A stretch of 64,000 nucleotides of DNA from Myxococcota bacterium (GTDB taxonomy: Bacteria; Myxococcota_A; UBA796; CAJQPC01), in assembly GCA_036229005.1 (NCBI GenBank), contig JAZAMN010000003.1, positions 82,084 through 146,083 on the forward strand. The letters are read 5' to 3'. Each line of letters starts with the position of its first letter. Positions within the stretch are counted from its first letter, which is position 1. The translations under genes were made by a program, and so were the position numbers. The notes under the pieces are model-generated. The model ran no database searches, was not told the origin of the DNA, and saw only the letters and a program-made list of their open reading frames with translations. Below are positions 1 to 9,125 of this stretch, piece after piece.

Positions 1-1089
1 CAGGGCCTGGCGCTCGATGGTGATCAGGCTGCCAAAGCCGGTGCTGGTGACCGTGGCGCTGCGGGGCTGGGCGTCAACCAGGGACTGCTCGCCGAAGTGG
101 TCACCGGGCCCCAGGGTCGCCACCGTGACGCCGTCCACGCTGACCTCCAGGTTGCCCTGTACGACCACGTAGAGCTTGCGGCCCACGTCGCCCTGGGCGA
201 CCACGATCTCGTCGGGGCCGACGAACACCTCGTTGACCATGCGGCCCACGCGGGCGCGGGCGTTGAAGGGCAGGTCCTCGAAGAGGAAGAGGCGGGACAT
301 CACGTCCGCCCGGGCGGCAGCGGCTTCGGCCCGCGGGGAGGCATCGGGGTCCACCACCAGCACGGTCACGTTGTCCGGACCGCCGTTGTCCAGGGCTTGC
401 TGAACGAGGCGCTGTGCGGCGTTGTCCGGAGCGCCGTCGCCCAGGTGGCGGGCGATCTCCAGGGGGCCCACGGGGTCGCTCAGGCCGTCGGAGCAGAGCA
501 GCAGGCGGTCGCCGGGCAGCACCTCGATCGCGGCGGTGTCGGGCTGAACGCCGGGCTGCAGGCCGATGGCGCGGGTGATGACGTTCCGGTAGCGGCTTCG
601 GCGGGCCTCCTCGTAGGTCATCTGGCCAGTGCGCACGAGCTCGTTGACCATGGAGTGGTCGTCGGAGAGCTGCAGCAGCTCACCCTCCCGCAGCAGGTAG
701 GCGCGGGAGTCGCCCACGTGGGCCAGGAAGATGGCGCCGCCTCCGACCACGGCCACGACCAGGGTGGTGGTCATGCCGCGGCGGGCCTCGGACTCGGCCT
801 CTTCGTAGACGCGGCGCGAGGCGGTCTGGCAGGCGTGGTCCAGGGCCTCGAGCACGCCGTTGCGGGTGCGGCGGCCGGGCTGGGCGGTGTAGGCCTGGAC
901 CGCAGCGTCGATGCGCGGGGCCAGCTCACCGAAGGTCTGCACGGTCAGGGCGCTCGCGACCTCGCCGCAGGCGCGCCCACCGACACCATCGGCCACCAGG
1001 TAGAGCCCGTGATCCGGCATCGCCAGCAGGGCGTCTTCGTTGTGGTCGCGCTTGCGACCTTCGTCGGTGATGCCGAAATAGCGCTTCAT
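1..1089 (-). CDS. PP2C-family Ser/Thr protein phosphatase with C-terminal cyclic-nucleotide-binding domain (runs off the left edge)
   Basis: Not in the ORF track; translated by hand from ATG 1089: MKRYFGITDEGRKRDHNED, VADGVGG, AHVGDSRAY, DHS, LCSDGL, GGPDNVT (PP2C motifs), then LYVVVQG...HFGEQSLVDAQPRSATV (cNMP phosphate-binding cassette). Confidence 0.9.
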   Translation of the reverse strand, partial: MKRYFGITDEGRKRDHNEDALLAMPDHGLYLVADGVGGRACGEVASALTVQTFGELAPRIDAAVQAYTAQPGRRTRNGVLEALDHACQTASRRVYEEAESEARRGMTTTLVVAVVGGGAIFLAHVGDSRAYLLREGELLQLSDDHSMVNELVRTGQMTYEEARRSRYRNVITRAIGLQPGVQPDTAAIEVLPGDRLLLCSDGLSDPVGPLEIARHLGDGAPDNAAQRLVQQALDNGGPDNVTVLVVDPDASPRAEAAAARADVMSRLFLFEDLPFNARARVGRMVNEVFVGPDEIVVAQGDVGRKLYVVVQGNLEVSVDGVTVATLGPGDHFGEQSLVDAQPRSATVTSTGFGSLITIERQAL

Positions 1090-1148
1090 TCCTGCTCCCA
1101 GCGGGCGGGTGCTCTATCCCCCCGTCCCGCCGAGCGCACGACCCGCCC

Positions 1149-2339
1149 TCAGTGCATGGCCAGGGGGATGCGCTGGGTGTGCAGCAGCGTGCGGTCGCCC
1201 TGGGGGCCCTCCTCCAGCAGGCGGATCTCCAGCGCACCCTGGCCGCCCTCGGCCTTCTGCTCCGGGCTGAGGCTGAACTCCACCGCCCGGGTCTCACCCG
1301 CCTTCAGGCGCGTGTCGGGCCCGGTGGGGGCGAAGGGCGGCTCCGCGGCGATCGGGCGCTCCAGGCGCAGCTCGAAGGGCTCGCCCGTGTCCTGCCCTTC
1401 GGCGTCCACGGCGACCACCTGGACCACCACCAGGGTGAAGGGCGAGCCCGTGGGGAAGCTGTGTCCGGCGCCCGTGTTCATGAGCGTCAGGGTGCCCGTG
1501 AGGGTCTCACCGCGGGTGAGCCCGCCCGGGGGGATGTCGGCCAGCATCGTCACCGCCCGCGCCGGATCCGCGGTCACGCCGTGGTCCCGGTGAGCGGCGA
1601 AGTCCCCGGCGGTGATCAGGCCAGATCGGGGAGGCATGTGGCAGTCCTGACACTGCACGCCGGCGGCGGGGTAGGGGCTGCGGCTCCACTCGCCGTAGGT
1701 GTCATACAGCGGCGCTTCGGCGCCCTCCCAGTCGAGCTGGTGGCAGCTCGCGCAGAACTCCGAGCTCCCCAGCTCCTCGCTGACGGCGACGGGGTGGGGG
1801 GCGCCGCTCGCAGGCCGGCTCCCGACCACGGTCTCGCCCCGGACGTGACAGGCCGCGCAGGTGACCCCTTCGGCGCTCAGGGAGGCGTCCCAGCTCTCGT
1901 TCGGCTCCACCAGCGCGCTGCCCAGCGGACCCCCGCTGTACTCGCGGACCAGGGCGGGCTGTTGGTTGACCAGCGGGGTGTGGCAGCTCGTGCAGAGCGG
2001 GCTGTTGCCCGTGGCCGCCATGGCCGCCTGGAAGGCCTCGTTGCCCAGGGCGTCGGCGTGGGCCGAGTCCGCCCAGCTATCGTGGATCTCGTAGTGGCAG
2101 CCGTTGCAGCTCTGGGCCGAGAGGCTGGCGACCCCGGGGGGCAGGGCCTGGTGGGCCACGGGCAGGCCCTCGGGGAAGAGCTTGGGGGCCTTGGCGGCCT
2201 TGGGCTCGGCCTCGGCGGGGGTCTCATCGGGCGAGGGGTCCGCGACCGGGGGCGGCGCGGTCTGCTGGCCCTTGTTCTTGCGCGCGGCGAAGGCCAGCGG
2301 CAGGGCGAGCAGCAGCAGCGGGAGCAGGCGGGCGTACAT
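1149..2339 (-). CDS. Exported multiheme c-type cytochrome (5 CxxCH; c554/c552-like)
   Basis: Signal peptide; CNGCH, CTSCH, CAACH, CASCH, CQDCH; AGHSFPTG motif and beta-rich C-terminus. Confidence 0.85.
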   Translation of the reverse strand: MYARLLPLLLLALPLAFAARKNKGQQTAPPPVADPSPDETPAEAEPKAAKAPKLFPEGLPVAHQALPPGVASLSAQSCNGCHYEIHDSWADSAHADALGNEAFQAAMAATGNSPLCTSCHTPLVNQQPALVREYSGGPLGSALVEPNESWDASLSAEGVTCAACHVRGETVVGSRPASGAPHPVAVSEELGSSEFCASCHQLDWEGAEAPLYDTYGEWSRSPYPAAGVQCQDCHMPPRSGLITAGDFAAHRDHGVTADPARAVTMLADIPPGGLTRGETLTGTLTLMNTGAGHSFPTGSPFTLVVVQVVAVDAEGQDTGEPFELRLERPIAAEPPFAPTGPDTRLKAGETRAVEFSLSPEQKAEGGQGALEIRLLEEGPQGDRTLLHTQRIPLAMH

Positions 2340-4882
2340 CAGAAATCAATGACCTCGGGCTTGTCCTCTCCGCCGCGGCGGGGGACGTGCACCACGGCGC
2401 CGTCGGGCGCGTAGAGCGTTGTGTAGACGGCGTAGTTCTCGCTGACCTTCTTCACGTAGGTGCGCGGCTCCCGCAGCGGGATCTGCTCCACCCAGTCGTC
2501 CAGGTCGATCTTGCCCTTCCAGGGGCGGTACCAGGAGCTCACGTTGACCGGCCCGGCGTTGTAGCTCGCCACCGCCATGGGCCAGCAGCCCTCGAAGCGG
2601 TCCAGGAGCTGGCTCAGGTAGAACACGCCGTACTGGATGTTCGTGGCGGGGTCCTCCAGCACGGCGGGGGTGTAGCTCTCCACGCCCAGCAGCCAGGCGA
2701 CCTTGGAGCCGGTGTGGGGCATGATCTGCATGACCCCGATGGCCCCTGCGTGGCTCAGCGCGGTGCTCCGGTACAGGCTCTCGCGCCGCATCAGCCCAAA
2801 GGCCAGCAGCGGGTCGACGTTGTACTCGCGGGACCAGCGCTCGACGTGCTCGCGGTGGGCGGTGGGGTAGCCCAGCCTCCAGGCGAGCAGCCTGTCCTCG
2901 CTGGTGGGCGCAGACTTCTCCAGGCCCAGGGAGAAGCGGGTGCTGTGGTGGTGGTCCTGCGCATAGACGAACGCCGACCGCCACTCCCCCTTGGTGATCG
3001 AGACCGCGCGCACCTGCTTCTGGCGCTCGCTGCGGCGGGACGCGCTGGCCTCGTACTCGTCGTAGATGTCCGCGAGGATCTCGCCGCTGAGCTCGTAGAC
3101 GCCCACGCTGGCCAGGTCGTAGGCGGCCGGGAAGAGGGGCCAGACCTCGGCGTTGCGGTCCGCGATGCGCTTGAAGGTGGGGCCGTAGGAGGCGGGATCG
3201 ACGTAGCGGCCCTCGACATAGGCGTCGTCCACCGCTGGCAGGGCCGTGGCCTTCGGGAAGCGGATGGGGATCGGCTCCACCGGCGAGGTCACCTCGGCCG
3301 GCTCCGACCACTGCGGGGCGCCCCAGGCCAGCGCGCCCCAGTCGAAGGCCTCCGGCTCGGGATCCTGCGTCTGTCCGGCGACGCGAGCCGGGACCGCGCT
3401 CCCCACCGGGCTCGCGGGCGGCTGCACCACCTGCGCGGCGGGGGGAGGCCCCGGGTTTCGACCCTGGCGGAGCTGCTCGGCGCTCATCTCGGCCAGGCCC
3501 GTGCGCCAGCGGGACTCCAGCATCAGCGCGTACCAGGTGTGCTCGGCGTTCTTGCGGATCCAGTTGTAGTCGGCGGCCGCCTTGCTGCGCTCGCCCAGCT
3601 TGGACCAGCTCTTCCCGCGGTAGTAGCGCGCGCTCAGGCCGGTCTCGCCGCCCTTGGCCACGATGGGGTCCAGCCGCGCGATGGCCTCCTTGTGCTCGCC
3701 CATCATGTAGGTGTCGTAGGCGGCGAACCACTCGGCCGCTCGGGCCAGCCCGCCCCCGCCCTTGGACAGCGCGTCCCAGTGCTCCCGCGCCGCCTCGTAG
3801 TTCCCGGCCATCTGCTGGGTGTGGGCGACCACGTCCCGCGCGTAGCGGAAGCGCCGGCTGCTGCCGTGGTTCTTGAGGCCCAGCTCGCCGTACTTGGCGG
3901 ACTCCTCGAAGTAGCCGCCGCGGAAGTAGGCGCGGAACGCGTACCAGCAGTCCTCCGTGTTGGGGGCCTTCTCGTACTGCTGGGCGAAGGAGTCCCCCAG
4001 CGCCCGATACTGCTTGGTCCGCCAGGCGAAGGTGCTCCAGTTGGCCTGCTGCCAGGCCTTGACCGCCTCGTCGTCGGGGTTCTGGGCGCCGATGTCCTGG
4101 TACAGCGCCCAGGCCTCCTCCTTGAGGCCGCAGTCCCGCAGGCTGACGGCGCGGAGCTGGGCCTCGCGGACTGCGCCCATGTCGGGCTCGGCCAGGTCTT
4201 CGACCTCCATCAGAGCGTCCAGCGCGCCCTGCGCGGCCACGGCGGTGCAGGGATACTCGAAGCTGAGGGTCATCCCCTTGAGGAGCTGCGCGCCCTTGGC
4301 GGGGCTGGCGTTCGCCTCCGCCAGCGCCATACCCAGCTTGAGCTCTTCGGCCCGCGGGGTGTTCGGGTGCAGGTCCAGGTACTCCTGGTAGGCGTCGATC
4401 GCGGGCTTTCGGCTCCCGGCGGCCACCAGGGCATCCCCCCGCAACACCAGGCACTCGTCCGCGTGGGGACCATCCGGCCACTTGGTCCGGTAGGTCGCGC
4501 ACTCGCTGGCGGCGACGCTGTGGCGCCCGCGCATGTGGTCCGAGAAGGCCTCGTACCAGGCACCGTAGGGGGAGAGCGGGCCGTTGCTCAGGCGCACGGC
4601 GGTGAACTGGGCCGAGGCCAGGTTCCAGCGCCCCTGGTCCATGTAGAGCCAGCCCAGCAGGAAGCGTCCGGCGGCTCGGGGGCGGCCGTAGGGACCCTCA
4701 CCAGAGGCCAGCCAGGCCTCCAAGGTCGCGATGGCCTGCGTGTCGTCCCCTCGCTTGTGCGCAGCCACCCCCTCCTCCAGGGTGGAGGCCACGATGGGGA
4801 CCGAGCCAGGGGCGACCGGCGGGGCCTCTGGCAGGCGGGCGCCCCCGAGCAGCGCGAGGCCCAGGCAGAGAGAGGTCAGCAT
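2339..4882 (-). CDS. Soluble lytic transglycosylase (Slt-type) with TPR-like N-terminal region
   Basis: C-terminal SLT motifs MRRES, GAIGVMQIMP, PATNIQYGVFYL, ASYNAG, YVKKV; helical-repeat N-terminus; hydrophobic leader. Confidence 0.9.
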   Translation of the reverse strand: MLTSLCLGLALLGGARLPEAPPVAPGSVPIVASTLEEGVAAHKRGDDTQAIATLEAWLASGEGPYGRPRAAGRFLLGWLYMDQGRWNLASAQFTAVRLSNGPLSPYGAWYEAFSDHMRGRHSVAASECATYRTKWPDGPHADECLVLRGDALVAAGSRKPAIDAYQEYLDLHPNTPRAEELKLGMALAEANASPAKGAQLLKGMTLSFEYPCTAVAAQGALDALMEVEDLAEPDMGAVREAQLRAVSLRDCGLKEEAWALYQDIGAQNPDDEAVKAWQQANWSTFAWRTKQYRALGDSFAQQYEKAPNTEDCWYAFRAYFRGGYFEESAKYGELGLKNHGSSRRFRYARDVVAHTQQMAGNYEAAREHWDALSKGGGGLARAAEWFAAYDTYMMGEHKEAIARLDPIVAKGGETGLSARYYRGKSWSKLGERSKAAADYNWIRKNAEHTWYALMLESRWRTGLAEMSAEQLRQGRNPGPPPAAQVVQPPASPVGSAVPARVAGQTQDPEPEAFDWGALAWGAPQWSEPAEVTSPVEPIPIRFPKATALPAVDDAYVEGRYVDPASYGPTFKRIADRNAEVWPLFPAAYDLASVGVYELSGEILADIYDEYEASASRRSERQKQVRAVSITKGEWRSAFVYAQDHHHSTRFSLGLEKSAPTSEDRLLAWRLGYPTAHREHVERWSREYNVDPLLAFGLMRRESLYRSTALSHAGAIGVMQIMPHTGSKVAWLLGVESYTPAVLEDPATNIQYGVFYLSQLLDRFEGCWPMAVASYNAGPVNVSSWYRPWKGKIDLDDWVEQIPLREPRTYVKKVSENYAVYTTLYAPDGAVVHVPRRGGEDKPEVIDF

Positions 4883-4989
4883 GGGGGAAGAAGCTCCGCT
4901 GTGCCCAGAGCTTTAGTGCACAACCCCTTGACCTGCCAAGAGCGCCCCCTGCGGGGGATCCCGCAGCCATCTCCCCCCAAGCGAGGTCA

Positions 4990-5649
4990 TCAGGGCCGAA
5001 GCTGGTCCTCGGGCACGCCCAGCAGGAACTCGCTGCCGTCCTCGCTCATCAGCAGGTCGTAGGTGGGCCCATCGTGTACGGCCTGCACCACGCCTCGCCG
5101 CCCGTCGGTCAGCTCGATGGGGTCCCCCAGGTGCCGGGCGCCCTCCACAGTGGGGCACGGGACCTGGGGCTCGTCGTACTCCACCCACTCGGCCCAGCCG
5201 CCCACCAGCACGCGCGCGCGGGTCCAGCCCTGCTCGCGCAGCCAGCCCGCCAGGGACTCGGCCTCCTGCTCCATGGTCGCGTCGTAGACGGCGATCCAGT
5301 GGTCCTTGGGGGGCAGCAGATCGGTGCGGTGCTTGAGCTGCACGCCGGGCAGCAGCAGGGCCTTGGGCATGACGCCGACGATCCACTCCGCGGGAGGGCG
5401 CACGTCCACCAGGGTCACGCCTTCGTCGCCGATCACCTGGGCCGCCAGGTAGGTGCGGCCGATGCGCTCCTTGTGGTTGGGGCCGGGCGTGTCGCCGTCG
5501 CCGTCCACCAGCTTGGGGATCTTCGTGGCGTCGTAGCTGCCCTTGGTGCCCTTGGTCTTGCGGGAGGTGCGGGCCTCGGCGTCGCGCTCCATCCCGAAGG
5601 CCTTCAGGGCGATCTTGCGTGCTGCGTTCTTGAGGCGGTCGCGGATCAT
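4990..5649 (-). CDS. Rhodanese-like domain protein (no catalytic Cys)
   Basis: LVDVRPPAEW...GVMPKA...AVYD...LVGGWAEW. Start taken at ATG 5649 (GGAG upstream); alternative start 5673. Confidence 0.75.
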   Translation of the reverse strand: MIRDRLKNAARKIALKAFGMERDAEARTSRKTKGTKGSYDATKIPKLVDGDGDTPGPNHKERIGRTYLAAQVIGDEGVTLVDVRPPAEWIVGVMPKALLLPGVQLKHRTDLLPPKDHWIAVYDATMEQEAESLAGWLREQGWTRARVLVGGWAEWVEYDEPQVPCPTVEGARHLGDPIELTDGRRGVVQAVHDGPTYDLLMSEDGSEFLLGVPEDQLRP

Positions 5650-5710
5650 GTGGTCGGCACTCCAGGCCTCCATGCTGCCACAGGGCGCCGTGGCTTGGGG
5701 CTGGGCGGGG

Positions 5711-5739
5711 GTGACGGTGGCCGCTGCAGCACGTAGAAT
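5711..5739 (+). promoter_or_regulatory. Putative sigma70-type promoter of the FG-GAP gene
   Basis: GTGACG (5711-5716), 17 bp spacer, TAGAAT (5734-5739); GGAGG at 5748-5752 before ATG 5760. Confidence 0.5.
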
Positions 5740-5759
5740 CCCAATCCGGAGGTCCCCCC

Positions 5760-7592
5760 ATGCTGCTGGCGCTGCTGCTCGCCTGTCCGCCCCCCATCAT
5801 CGTGATGGAGGACACCACCACGACGGACTCGCCCCAGGACAGCGAACCGCAAGACACCGACCCCGTCGACTTCGACGGAGACGGCTACCCCGAGGGCGTG
5901 GACTGCGATGACCTGGACAGCTCGGTGAACCCGGGCGCCACAGAGATCTGGTACGACGGCCGGGATCAGGACTGCGACGGGAACGACTGCGACCAGGACA
6001 ACGACGGGGTCCTGTTCGACTTCGCGATCTGCGGGGGCACCGACTGCGACGACAAGAACGCCGCCATCCGCCCTGACGCGACCGAAGTCTGGTACGACGG
6101 CGTGGACCAGAACTGCGATGCCTGGTGTGACTGGGACGCCGACATGGACGGCTTCGCGGTGGACGGCAAGACCGGGACCGACTGCGTCGAGGTGCCGCTG
6201 GGGGACTGCGATGACGCGGTCGCGAGCACCAACCCCGACGCCTTGGAGTACGTCGACGGTCTGGACAGCGACTGCGACGGGGTCGAGGACGACCTGGAGA
6301 CCCTGGACGCGGTCACCAGCCTCCAGGGCAACGGCGGCGACTTCGGGCTCTGGATGACCACTGGCGATGCCGACGGCGACGCCTACCCCGAGATCTGGGT
6401 CAGCAGCCCCGCTGCCAACAGCGGCGCGGGACGGGTCGCCCGCTACAACGGCCTGGAGATCGACGCGGACGTCGGCGGGACCCTGGCCTGGACCCGCGCG
6501 GAGACCGCCATCGGCCCCAACGGCGCGAGCGGCGGGATCGGCGCGCCGATGTGGCGCCTGGACCTGGACGACCCCGGGCAGGGGCGCCTGGCCATCGGGG
6601 ACCCCGGCTCCGGTCAGGTGCTGCGCTTCAACGAGCCCACCGCCTTGAGCACCGTGGCCACCTCGGACGCGAGCGTCGCCTACTTCTCGAGCTCCTACAC
6701 CGTCTCCGGGGGCGCGATGGGCGTCGTCCGGGCCGGCGCCGACCAGGACGCGCTGATCTTCCTGGGGACCCCGCTCGGCAGCAGCAGCTCCACCCAGGGC
6801 GCGCTGTGGCTCTACCCCACCGACCAGGCCATGCCGGCCTCCAAGGAGATCAGCAGCCTCCCTGGGACCCGGCTCTACCTGTCCGGCAACGTGTCCGACC
6901 AGCTCGGGGCCTCGGCGGTCGCGGTGGATCTGGATGGGGACGGCAAGCAGGAGCTCCTCGTAGGCATGCCAACCGCAGACAAGTCCGACGGCACCCCGGA
7001 GGTCGGCGGTGTGGTCATCGTGGACAGCACCACGCTCTCTGACATCATCCTGGGCCACGCGGGCAGCCAGAAGGATCTCAGCGACATGGCCCAGATCAAG
7101 GGCGACAAGGCGGGCAACCAGTTCGGCCAGCAGCTCTTCGCGGTGGGCGATGTGGACGGGGACGGGGTCGACGACCTGATCGCGAGCTCTCTGGTCTCCG
7201 GCAAGGCACGCCTGCACCTGGTCTCCGGCGCGACTGCTGGGAGCAAGTCCGCCAGCCTGCTCCCCCGCATCGACGTGGGGCGCAGCTCCGACCTCACCGC
7301 CAACTACGTCGCGGCCGCCGACCTCAACGGCGACGGCGTGAACGACCTGGCCATCGGTGACGGGGACTCCCAGCAGGTCCTGATCTTCCTGGGGCCCCTG
7401 AGCGCCGCCAGCTACACCGCGGCCGACGCCGATGCGGTCGTGAACAGCAGCGCCGCGGGCTTTGGCAGCTCCCTGATGTTCGTGGACAGCCTGGATGCGG
7501 ATGGCGTGGTGGAGCTCTGGGTCTCGGCTCCGGAGGCGGTGGTTGACGGGAGCGTCGAGGGCGCGGTCTACCTGCTCCCGCTCGCGTTCTGA
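5760..7592 (+). CDS. Lipoprotein with Asp/Cys-rich metal-binding repeats (MopE-like) and FG-GAP/integrin-like beta-propeller
   Basis: MLLALLLAC leader; three DCDD...P.A.E..DG.D.DCD repeats; FG-GAP repeats GDADGDAYPE, DLDGDGKQEL, GDVDGDGVDDL, DLNGDGVNDL. Confidence 0.85.
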   Translation: MLLALLLACPPPIIVMEDTTTTDSPQDSEPQDTDPVDFDGDGYPEGVDCDDLDSSVNPGATEIWYDGRDQDCDGNDCDQDNDGVLFDFAICGGTDCDDKNAAIRPDATEVWYDGVDQNCDAWCDWDADMDGFAVDGKTGTDCVEVPLGDCDDAVASTNPDALEYVDGLDSDCDGVEDDLETLDAVTSLQGNGGDFGLWMTTGDADGDAYPEIWVSSPAANSGAGRVARYNGLEIDADVGGTLAWTRAETAIGPNGASGGIGAPMWRLDLDDPGQGRLAIGDPGSGQVLRFNEPTALSTVATSDASVAYFSSSYTVSGGAMGVVRAGADQDALIFLGTPLGSSSSTQGALWLYPTDQAMPASKEISSLPGTRLYLSGNVSDQLGASAVAVDLDGDGKQELLVGMPTADKSDGTPEVGGVVIVDSTTLSDIILGHAGSQKDLSDMAQIKGDKAGNQFGQQLFAVGDVDGDGVDDLIASSLVSGKARLHLVSGATAGSKSASLLPRIDVGRSSDLTANYVAAADLNGDGVNDLAIGDGDSQQVLIFLGPLSAASYTAADADAVVNSSAAGFGSSLMFVDSLDADGVVELWVSAPEAVVDGSVEGAVYLLPLAF

Positions 7593-7718
7593 GCTCCGGG
7601 TCGCTGGGGCCCGGCTCTCGGTGGCCGCGCTCGCTTGGGCCGGCCCTCTGGACGCAGCTTTGGCGCACGCCACCGGCCTCCGTGGGATAGTGGAGCGCGC
7701 AGCACGCTGAGGGAGCCC

Positions 7719-8207
7719 ATGGCACTGTGGAAGGACATCGTCTTTGGCCGACCTGACGGCATCCGCCAGTCCATGTACCGGCGGCTGATGGGCAAGCAGG
7801 ACCAGGTCGAGTCCGCGGCAGCCCCCACCCCCGAGCCCGTGGTCGACTCCGCAGAGAAGGCGTTGAACCTGGGGATCGAGGCCCCCAAGGACGTCACCCC
7901 ACCGGACGGCTACGAGGTGGTCCTCCACCGCGACGCTCTGCCCGCCGGCGAGGTCATCGAGGTGATCATCGCAGGCAACGCCATCGCGCTCGCCCACGCC
8001 GCCGATGGCTGGTTCGCCCTGGACAACGCCTGCCCCCGCGGCGCCTGCGCCCTGGGCGAGGGGAGCCTGAGCGGCCACGATCTGACCTGCCCCACCCACG
8101 GCTGGGTGTTTGACGTCCGCGACGGGAGCTGCGCGATCAGCCCCAAGGACAAGGTCCAGACCTTCCCCGTCCAGGTGGAGGGCGAGGGCGTCTGCGTCGC
8201 CATCTGA
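7719..8207 (+). CDS. Rieske-type [2Fe-2S] ferredoxin with N-terminal extension (atypical first ligand motif)
   Basis: FALDNACPRGAC...LTCPTHGWVFDVRDG; GGGAG before ATG 7719. Confidence 0.75.
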   Translation: MALWKDIVFGRPDGIRQSMYRRLMGKQDQVESAAAPTPEPVVDSAEKALNLGIEAPKDVTPPDGYEVVLHRDALPAGEVIEVIIAGNAIALAHAADGWFALDNACPRGACALGEGSLSGHDLTCPTHGWVFDVRDGSCAISPKDKVQTFPVQVEGEGVCVAI

Positions 8208-8279
8208 GGGCGCTGCATCCTCAGGGGGCGAATCTGAGCGCGCCGAATCTGGAGGCGCCCTGGAGTCCAGCGCGCGCCG

Positions 8280-9122
8280 CTATTCCCAGGACTCCAGCTC
8301 CGGGACAGCCGGCCCCAGCCCGGGCGGGTCCGGCACGGGCCAGGTGTCGCCCCAGAGGTCCTTCCCGCCCTCGACCGCCCAGGTCTGGCCGGTCACGTAG
8401 TCGCCGGCCGGACTGGCCAGGTAGGCCACCAGCCACGCGATCTCCTCACGCCTGGCCAGGCGCTTGACCGGGACGATGCGGGGCATCTGGTCCAGGACCC
8501 CCAGGGACTTGGGGTAGTTGTTCAGGCCGGCGCTGGCGACCAGCCCGGGGGCCACGCTGTTGATCCGCACGCCACGCTGGGCCCACTCCACCGCGAGGCT
8601 GCGGGTCATGGCCTCGACCCCGGCGCGCGCGGCGACGCTGTGGGCCATGCCGGGGAAGCCCCTCTGGCTGAGCATGGTGATGTTGATGATGCGGCCGCCG
8701 CGCTGGAGCATGCAGGCCTTGGCGACGGCCTGGGTCACCCGCCAGGTGCCCGACAGGTTGGTGTCCACCACCGCCTGGAAGCCCTTCTCGGTGATGGTCT
8801 CCGCCGGCGCCAGGAACTGACCGCCCCCGTTGTTGACCAGGATGTCGATGGGGCCGTAGCGCTCGACGATCTGTGCGATCACCGCCTGGACCTGCTCCCC
8901 ATCCCGGATGTTCATGACCACCGGGTGCACCGAGGTCCCCAGCTCGGCCGACAGGGCGCTCGCCGCGGCCTCCAGCCGCTCCTGTTTGCGGGCCGCGATG
9001 ACCACGGTGGCCCCCAGGCTGGCGAGCTCGCGGGTGATGGCGGCCCCGATGCCGCTGCCGCCACCGGTCACCAGGGCGAGCTTGCCGTCCAGCAGGCCGT
9101 CACGAAAGATGGAGGAGGCCAT
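8280..9122 (-). CDS. SDR oxidoreductase (trans-2-enoyl-CoA / 2,4-dienoyl-CoA reductase-like)
   Basis: TGGGSGIG, LVNNGGGQF, HSVAARAGV, RINSVAPG, YVTGQ. Confidence 0.85.
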   Translation of the reverse strand: MASSIFRDGLLDGKLALVTGGGSGIGAAITRELASLGATVVIAARKQERLEAAASALSAELGTSVHPVVMNIRDGEQVQAVIAQIVERYGPIDILVNNGGGQFLAPAETITEKGFQAVVDTNLSGTWRVTQAVAKACMLQRGGRIINITMLSQRGFPGMAHSVAARAGVEAMTRSLAVEWAQRGVRINSVAPGLVASAGLNNYPKSLGVLDQMPRIVPVKRLARREEIAWLVAYLASPAGDYVTGQTWAVEGGKDLWGDTWPVPDPPGLGPAVPELESWE

Positions 9123-9125
9123 GGG

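Noticed and set aside
97..1593. 498-aa plus-strand ORF
   Set aside because: Antisense shadow of the PP2C-cNMP and cytochrome genes, which carry real motifs on the minus strand.
2387..5062. 891-aa plus-strand ORF, and similar long ORFs such as 5646-8099, 15582-18320, 20040-22994, 25593-28214, 36794-39409 and 58966-61227
   Set aside because: Stop-poor antisense or off-frame shadows typical of high-GC DNA; no motifs, and each overlaps a well-supported gene.
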